From: Verrucomicrobiota bacterium
GTDB taxonomy: Bacteria > Verrucomicrobiota > Verrucomicrobiia > Limisphaerales > CANJSG01
Direction of reading: 5' to 3'
DNA length: 50,729 bases
NCBI GenBank assembly: GCA_038209745.1
Contig: JBBQXJ010000030.1
Coordinates: forward strand, 1-50,729
Part shown: one piece after another, positions 44,951-50,729 of the stretch
Position numbering within the stretch: position 1 is the stretch's first letter
How the letters are laid out: each line of letters starts with the position of its first letter
Translations under genes and position numbers: made by a program
The notes under the pieces: generated by a model
Database searches by the model: none
Seen by the model: the letters and a program-made list of their open reading frames with translations, nothing else
What the model was told of the DNA's origin: nothing

Positions 44951-46132
44951 ATGACTGCTGTTCCACCGAAGTGTTTGGTCGTGTCGGCCGGGAGCTGGCA
45001 TTTGGCGCACACGGCGAAGGGACTCCATGCCCACAATGGGTTGGCTGAGCTGTGGACTTCCGACCGGAACAAGGTGGGCCTTCCTGATTCATTCTTCCGG
45101 CAAGCCAAGCCCTTCTTTTGGCTCACAAAGCCGATGTATCTTCTGGCTTCCGCCTACTGGAACGAGTGGTGGTTTTGGCGGATGACATGGCTGTGGGGCG
45201 CCTGGGTCCGAAGGCAACGGTTTCCGGAGTTCAATGTCGCGCACGCGCGAATGGGCTACGGATTGGAAGTGTTCGATGTCGCCGATCGGGTAGGGGCGTT
45301 GAAGGTGGTCGACTATTGCAACAGCCATCCGAGTTCACAGCAGGGTTACTGGCAGCGCGAATGTGATCTTTGGGCGTCCGGTTCGGAGCCGATAATGCCT
45401 AGGGCGATCTTCCGGAGGATGAACCAAGAGATCCACCGGGCTGATCTGCATCTCTGCCCTTCGGACTTTGTGCGGGATTCGTTGTTGCTGAACGGTGTCG
45501 CTCCCGAGAAATGCGTGATTCGCCCCTTCGGCTTCGATCCCTCGGTTTTTACAGCGGCAACCCTTTCGAAGGGTCAGCCAAAATTCATTTTCACGGGTTC
45601 GATTTGCCTTCGAAAAGGGTGCCACTATCTGCTCCGGGCATTCGAACAAGTGAAGAAGGAATGCCCTCAAGCGGAACTGATCCTGGTGGGGGGGGTCTGC
45701 GAGGACGTTCGTCCTATTTTTAACCGATGGAGGCACCTTGTGACTCACGTGCCTTGGGCACCCCAGGCCCGCGTGGCCGACTTGATGCGGGAATGCATTG
45801 CCATGGTGATGCCTTCGCTCGAGGAGGGAATGGCGCGGGTTTTGATCGAGGGAATGGCCTGTGGACTGCCTTTGATCGCCAGTTTCGAGAGTGGTGCGAC
45901 CCCGTTGGCAGCGGCTGGACGGGAGTTGCTCCTAGTAAACCCGCATGACCCTCAGGATATCGCAGAGAAGATGCTGTTCTTAGCCAGAAACCCCGAGAAA
46001 GCATCCGCGATGTCAGCCGCAGCCATTGCGCGGGCGAGCGAGATTGGAAGCTGGTCCAGCTATTCCGGGCGGATTTTGGCGGACTACGATCGTTTTTTGG
46101 AGGCCAAGCGGTCCCGAGGGGCAGCGCGATGA
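44951..46132 (+). CDS. Glycosyltransferase family 4
   Basis: CPSDFVRDSL, FTGSICLRKG, MPSLEEGMARVLIEGMACGLP. Confidence 0.92.
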   Translation: MTAVPPKCLVVSAGSWHLAHTAKGLHAHNGLAELWTSDRNKVGLPDSFFRQAKPFFWLTKPMYLLASAYWNEWWFWRMTWLWGAWVRRQRFPEFNVAHARMGYGLEVFDVADRVGALKVVDYCNSHPSSQQGYWQRECDLWASGSEPIMPRAIFRRMNQEIHRADLHLCPSDFVRDSLLLNGVAPEKCVIRPFGFDPSVFTAATLSKGQPKFIFTGSICLRKGCHYLLRAFEQVKKECPQAELILVGGVCEDVRPIFNRWRHLVTHVPWAPQARVADLMRECIAMVMPSLEEGMARVLIEGMACGLPLIASFESGATPLAAAGRELLLVNPHDPQDIAEKMLFLARNPEKASAMSAAAIARASEIGSWSSYSGRILADYDRFLEAKRSRGAAR

Positions 46133-47223
46133 AGGTTCTGCTCTTCCACAACGAGACCCAGTTTTTCGCCGGGGCGGAGAAGGTGCTCGGGTATTTCGCG
46201 GCCGGGGCTGGCCTCAACCGGGATCTGAAGCTGGCCTTGGCCTATGCTCCGGGTGGAAAGATGGACGATGTCGCTCGTTTGTTTCCGGAGCGTTTCCCGG
46301 TTGCGGGCGGTGAGGGGCAATCCCCCGTCCGTATGTTGCGGAACGCCTTTGTTTTGGCCCGGATTGCCCGGCGATTTCGCGCCGATGTATTGCATGCGTG
46401 GGCCGCTCGGGACTGGGAGACGGCGGCGTTGGCGGGCAGGATGGTCGGGCTGCCAGTGGTGGCCACGCTGCACGACCATCCCACGGCGGCTTTCATCTCG
46501 TTTCGACGGCAGCGGTTGATGCGGTGGGCGATCTGGGCGGGGGTGCGCCGTTTGATCTGCGTTTCGGAAGCGGTGCGGCAGGCGTGCTTGGCGGCAGGGT
46601 ATCCGGCAAACCGCTTGGTCGTGGTGCCCAATGGACTTCCCCCGCAGCCGGACCTGCCGCGCGAGTTCAGCAGCCCGATTAAGCTTGGGTTTTTAGGGGC
46701 GTTCACCCAGCGCAAAGGCTTTGGTGAACTTTTCAAACTGGTGGATTGCCTAGACGGGACCAACTCCCAGTGGCGCCTACGGATCGCGGGCGGTCCAATG
46801 GGCGTCGAATCGGAAGCCTTGCTGCACCAAATTCAGGAACGGTATCAACACTCCCCTTGGTGGTCGCGGGTCGAGTTCGTCGGTTGGACCGATCAGCCGA
46901 TGGCATTTCTGCGGGGTGTGGATCTCCTAGTCGTCCCGTCTTCCGAATTCGATCCGTATCCAACGGTGCTGCTTGAGGCGGCCTGGAGCGGCCTGCCGGT
47001 TTTTGCGGCCGAGGTGGGTGGTGTCCCTGAAATTGTTTTGCCGCATGAGACCGGAGTGCTGTTTGATCCTAGGAATATTGAAGAAGCTGCAATGAGCCTG
47101 GACCAAATGCTGGATCCGGTGCGGCTTCAAGAGACAGGCGCCAACGCGCGGCAGAGGGCTGAGCGCTGCTTCGGTGTAGATGCAATGGTCGCCGCTTATA
47201 GCGGGCTTTACTCAAAGGTTTAG
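46129..47223 (+). CDS. Glycosyltransferase family 4
   Basis: GAEK, CVSEAVR, VVPNG, RKG, PSSEFDPYPTVLLEAAWSGLPV, VGGVPEIV. Confidence 0.92.
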   Translation: MKVLLFHNETQFFAGAEKVLGYFAAGAGLNRDLKLALAYAPGGKMDDVARLFPERFPVAGGEGQSPVRMLRNAFVLARIARRFRADVLHAWAARDWETAALAGRMVGLPVVATLHDHPTAAFISFRRQRLMRWAIWAGVRRLICVSEAVRQACLAAGYPANRLVVVPNGLPPQPDLPREFSSPIKLGFLGAFTQRKGFGELFKLVDCLDGTNSQWRLRIAGGPMGVESEALLHQIQERYQHSPWWSRVEFVGWTDQPMAFLRGVDLLVVPSSEFDPYPTVLLEAAWSGLPVFAAEVGGVPEIVLPHETGVLFDPRNIEEAAMSLDQMLDPVRLQETGANARQRAERCFGVDAMVAAYSGLYSKV

Positions 47224-47226
47224 GAA

Positions 47227-48747
47227 ATGGCAGCACTGAATTCAGCGTTTCGGGCGGGAATCGTCGTGGTCGTGGCGTGCATTTTTGCCATCGTGGCAGG
47301 CTTTGCGGTTTCGGATCCTCTTGCCCAGACGGGCATGATCACTTTGGCGGTGCTGCTCTTTGTGCCATTGGTCCCCGTGCTGCTCCGATGGCACCACCCA
47401 TTGCTTTTGGTCACGTGGAACTTTCAGATGGTGCTCTTTTTCCTGCGTACCGAACCAAGGGTCAGGGATGTCATGATCGTCTGGTCGACCATTGTGATTT
47501 TTCTGCAGTTCGCCCTCGATAAAAAGAATCGCTTCCAAGTGCATTGGCCGCTGATTCGCCCGATGGTGATAGTTGTAGTCGGTGTTTTTATTGCAATTTT
47601 ATCGAATCACTCCCTTGGAGCGATCGTTGGGCAGGGATCGTTTGGAGGAAAACGTTATCTGCACGTCATCTTGGCTTTGTTGGGATGCTTTGTTTTGGGA
47701 GCGGTGCGAATTTCTCCTAAATGGAGAGTGCGTGTTGCGGTCGTGTTTTTCCTGTCAAATATTTCCTACGCGGTTGGTGATGCTTTTTACCTGGTGGGGG
47801 CACCGCCGATTCTGCAGATGCTCTTCCCCTCCCAGATTGGTTTTTACGAAGGCATGGCCTTGGGAGCTTTGAGTCGCTATGCGGGCATTGGCTGGGCTGC
47901 CATGTGTGTGGTTATGGTTCTCCAGATGTATTATGGAGTTCGTGGCCTCTTGGATTTTAGCAGACCTTGGCGCGGGGCTGGGTATTTGCTGTTTCTAGGA
48001 ATCGCCCTGCTGGGTGGGCATCGGGTGGCCTTGGTTCTCCCGCTTCTGATTTTCTTGGTGCAGTTTTTCATGGAGGGCTTGTATCGGACCAAGTATGCGG
48101 CCTATATGATCGTCTTTGGCGGACTGGCGCTGTCAGCGGCGGTGATCTTTTCCGAAAATCTGCCGATTGCGGTGCAACGAGCCTTGAGTTTCCTGCCAGG
48201 AAAAAAGAGTGCGCTGGCGATCCGAGACGCCGAGGGCACGTTTGAGTGGCGGTGGGAAATGTGGGATGTGGTTTTTCCGCAAGTCCCGCAGGTGATGTGG
48301 ACCGGCAAAGGCTACCTTTATTCACCGGTCGACCAGGAATTGGCTGAACTGGGTGCATCGACCTACATATATTCTTCTTTCGAATCCTCGATGGTGGACG
48401 GCACCTATCACCAAGGTTTCCTGACCGTTATTGTTCCCCTTGGCATCACCACCTTTTTCGGGTTCACGTGGTTTCTCTGGGTGGGTTTCAAGGTCCTGAG
48501 GAACAACTTAAAATACGGCGATTCTACGATTCGGAAGGTCAATCTGTTTGTATATTCGGCATTCATTGCCCGAGTTATCTTTTACTTCATCATGTATGGT
48601 CAGTTTGATACGGACTTGGAGGTGTTCGCCGGATTGATCGGCTTGAGCATGGCTCTCAATGGCGGGGCTCTCGGATCTCGCCCGCGACGTGAACCCGAGC
48701 TGCCGGCAAGGGTGGGGCTGGCTGCTGAGCCTGTCGGGGCCAATTGA
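47227..48747 (+). CDS. O-antigen polymerase (Wzy)/ligase-family membrane protein
   Basis: Many TM helices; GGHR, QRALSFLP, EWRWEMW, GKGY, YHQGFL motifs in the large loop. Confidence 0.8.
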   Translation: MAALNSAFRAGIVVVVACIFAIVAGFAVSDPLAQTGMITLAVLLFVPLVPVLLRWHHPLLLVTWNFQMVLFFLRTEPRVRDVMIVWSTIVIFLQFALDKKNRFQVHWPLIRPMVIVVVGVFIAILSNHSLGAIVGQGSFGGKRYLHVILALLGCFVLGAVRISPKWRVRVAVVFFLSNISYAVGDAFYLVGAPPILQMLFPSQIGFYEGMALGALSRYAGIGWAAMCVVMVLQMYYGVRGLLDFSRPWRGAGYLLFLGIALLGGHRVALVLPLLIFLVQFFMEGLYRTKYAAYMIVFGGLALSAAVIFSENLPIAVQRALSFLPGKKSALAIRDAEGTFEWRWEMWDVVFPQVPQVMWTGKGYLYSPVDQELAELGASTYIYSSFESSMVDGTYHQGFLTVIVPLGITTFFGFTWFLWVGFKVLRNNLKYGDSTIRKVNLFVYSAFIARVIFYFIMYGQFDTDLEVFAGLIGLSMALNGGALGSRPRREPELPARVGLAAEPVGAN

Positions 48748-48758
48748 CGGGTTTGGGC

Positions 48759-49826
48759 ATGAGAGTCCTGTTAAATGTGACTCCGGTATATACCGGCCAA
48801 GCCGGTGTCGCCCGGTATGTGCGTGGTTTGCTGTCAGGGTTTTCCGCCACTTCGTCCGCGGTTCAGGTTTCTGAATTGGGTTGGCCGGTGTGCAACTTTG
48901 ACAAACCGCAGCCAATCAGGGCGGGCGTCACGATGTGGCGGGACTTCGTTTGGACGAAGACGGTGCCATGCTGGGCGAGCCGTCGAGTTCAGCCTGCCGT
49001 GGTCCATGATACGGCCAACTGGACATTGGGTGCGCTGCCGGGAATGCGGCGGATAGCCACGGTGCACGATGCGGCGGTGCTGCGGCACCCGGAGCGGTTT
49101 CGGCCGTGGCAGCGACGTTCGGCTTTGGCGGCTTTGGAAGCGGCCAAGTCCTGCGACCGAATCATCGCCATCAGCCGGTTCACAGCCGACGAGATCTGCG
49201 CATTGGCAGGCTTCGACGCGCGCAGGATCGAGGTGGTCCACAATGGGTGCGATTTCGGCGAAGACGCCCCAGAAGCGGCGCCGAGAACCGACGGGCTTCC
49301 TGAACGGTTCTTTCTCTTCGTGGGCTCGTTGGAACCGGGTAAGAACCTCGCGCTGCTCAAGGACACCTATGAATTGGCGGGCCGTCGTGGCTTCCGCCTT
49401 CCGGATCTCGTCATCGTGGGAGCACGGTGGAACGGGGTTCCGGGGGAAGGAGCGCCGCCCCCTGGGTGGCACTATCTGGGGCATCGACCGGACCAAGAGC
49501 TGGTCTGGCTCTATCGACGCGCGTTGGCTTTGGTCTTCCCGAGTAAATACGAGGGGTTTGGCCTTCCCTTGGCCGAGGCCATGATTCTCGGATGCCCGGT
49601 CATTTGTTCGATGTTGGCCAGTCTTCCGGAGGTTGGGGGAGAGGCGGTCCGCTACGCCGAACTTCACGCCGAGAGTTATCTGGACGCGATGTCGGAGCTG
49701 GAGCGCGATGAGCCGGCTCGAAGGCAGATGAGCCGGGCTGGTTGCATCCGTGCCATGGCGTTTAATTGGGAGCGCTGCGCTAAAGAAACAGTCGCCGTCT
49801 ACCGGTCGGCGACAGGTGCACCATGA
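48759..49826 (+). CDS. Glycosyltransferase family 4 (mannosyltransferase-like)
   Basis: GVARY, TVHD, AISRFTADE, FVGSLEPGKN, FPSKYEGFGLPLAEAMILGCPV, SLPEVGG. Confidence 0.93.
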   Translation: MRVLLNVTPVYTGQAGVARYVRGLLSGFSATSSAVQVSELGWPVCNFDKPQPIRAGVTMWRDFVWTKTVPCWASRRVQPAVVHDTANWTLGALPGMRRIATVHDAAVLRHPERFRPWQRRSALAALEAAKSCDRIIAISRFTADEICALAGFDARRIEVVHNGCDFGEDAPEAAPRTDGLPERFFLFVGSLEPGKNLALLKDTYELAGRRGFRLPDLVIVGARWNGVPGEGAPPPGWHYLGHRPDQELVWLYRRALALVFPSKYEGFGLPLAEAMILGCPVICSMLASLPEVGGEAVRYAELHAESYLDAMSELERDEPARRQMSRAGCIRAMAFNWERCAKETVAVYRSATGAP

Positions 49827-49921
49827 GCCAGTTCTTGCAGAGGCGGACTCAGGACTGTCTTTCTTCGGGTGACTGTTTCATCTATGGCTAAACGTAAGAT
49901 ACCGGAGTCCCCGGAACCCTC

Positions 49922-50578
49922 ATGAACGACATCTACAAAGACGGCGAGTATCTCCAGAAGAATCCGACATGGCATGTGGAGCATTCCGGCTACAAAGCGG
50001 CCCAGGTTCTTAAACTTTTGGAACGTAATCGTCTGGTGCCTGAATCTGTCGTGGAAGTGGGCTGCGGTGCCGGTGAAATCCTGAACATCCTTCACCAAAA
50101 ACTCCCAGCCACCGTGGAGTTTGCGGGATATGAGATTTCGCCGCAGGCGTTCGCTCTCTGCGGCGAACGGGTCAAGCCCCGCCTGCAATATCACTGTCGA
50201 GATTTTCTCGCGGAACCGGCCGCGCGTCGTGACTTGATCCTGTGCCTCGATCTCATTGAACACATTTCCGACTATCTTGGTTTTCTCCAGCGGCTCGCTC
50301 CGATGGGAAACTATAAGATTTTCCGTTTCCCGCTCGATCTGAACTGGGTCGCGCTCTGGAAGATGAATTTGTCTGCCCGCTACTCGGTGGGACACATTCA
50401 CTATTTCACTAAAGAGATCGCCTTGGCGGCGCTGAAGGACATGGGCTACGAGGTGATCGACTGCTATTTTGATCGAGAGAAGCCCTCCCGGTGGATCCGG
50501 AGAATGATGAACCGCTACGATGCCGATCTGACGGCCCGGATCTTTGGGGATTGTTCGTTGATGGTTCTTGCGCGTTAG
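49922..50578 (+). CDS. Class I SAM-dependent methyltransferase
   Basis: YLQKNPTWH, VEVGCGAG, GYEISP, DLIEHI, GHIHYF. Confidence 0.9.
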   Translation: MNDIYKDGEYLQKNPTWHVEHSGYKAAQVLKLLERNRLVPESVVEVGCGAGEILNILHQKLPATVEFAGYEISPQAFALCGERVKPRLQYHCRDFLAEPAARRDLILCLDLIEHISDYLGFLQRLAPMGNYKIFRFPLDLNWVALWKMNLSARYSVGHIHYFTKEIALAALKDMGYEVIDCYFDREKPSRWIRRMMNRYDADLTARIFGDCSLMVLAR

Positions 50579-50588
50579 CAGATCAAAA

Positions 50589-50729
50589 GTAAGCGTCCTG
50601 CGGAGCGGCTCTGTTAGAGCGGCGGCATAGATGTCATAGGGATGGGTCTATGGCATCGATGAAGCTGTTGAAGAGGGACGTGCTGGGGCGGGTGCGGACG
50701 CCGAGGGCGAAACGGGAGGAGATCCTGGA
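50589..50729 (+). mobile_element. Left end of IS66 (partial), identical to 1-141
   Basis: Starts GTAAGCGTCCTGCGGAGCGG... and matches window positions 1-141 through the start of tnpA. Confidence 0.95.

Noticed and set aside
1..50729. tRNA/rRNA genes, prophage or plasmid replication genes
   Set aside because: None recognised; the gene content is chromosomal.

Overview
High-GC chromosomal segment, most likely from a Verrucomicrobiota bacterium (inferred from protein families and repeat style). It opens with a complete IS66 element (1-2423) that truncates a GH78-like glycoside hydrolase and closes with the first 141 bp of an identical IS66 left end (50589-50729). The left half is mostly housekeeping: trpB, trpE, hisF, hisI, msrA, a dienelactone hydrolase running in frame into dinB, a beta-CASP nuclease, a degenerate RsmB-like protein, and a giant secreted DUF1800 protein with its DUF1501 partner. 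The right half (29.3-50.6 kb) is a surface-polysaccharide locus: O-antigen ligase/TPR protein, CDP-3,6-dideoxyhexose genes, Wzx, Wzy, glycosyltransferases and methyltransferases. It is interrupted by a VapBC pair, a collapsed hicB/hicA remnant, REP/MITE-like palindromes and a decayed duplicate of the wzx 3' end. It also holds an unexplained module: a degenerate 11 x 21-nt periodic array upstream of a helical-bundle + FN3-like gene that is followed by three stem-loops. That module is my best candidate for an undescribed system. All family assignments come from motif recognition by eye; no database searches were run.
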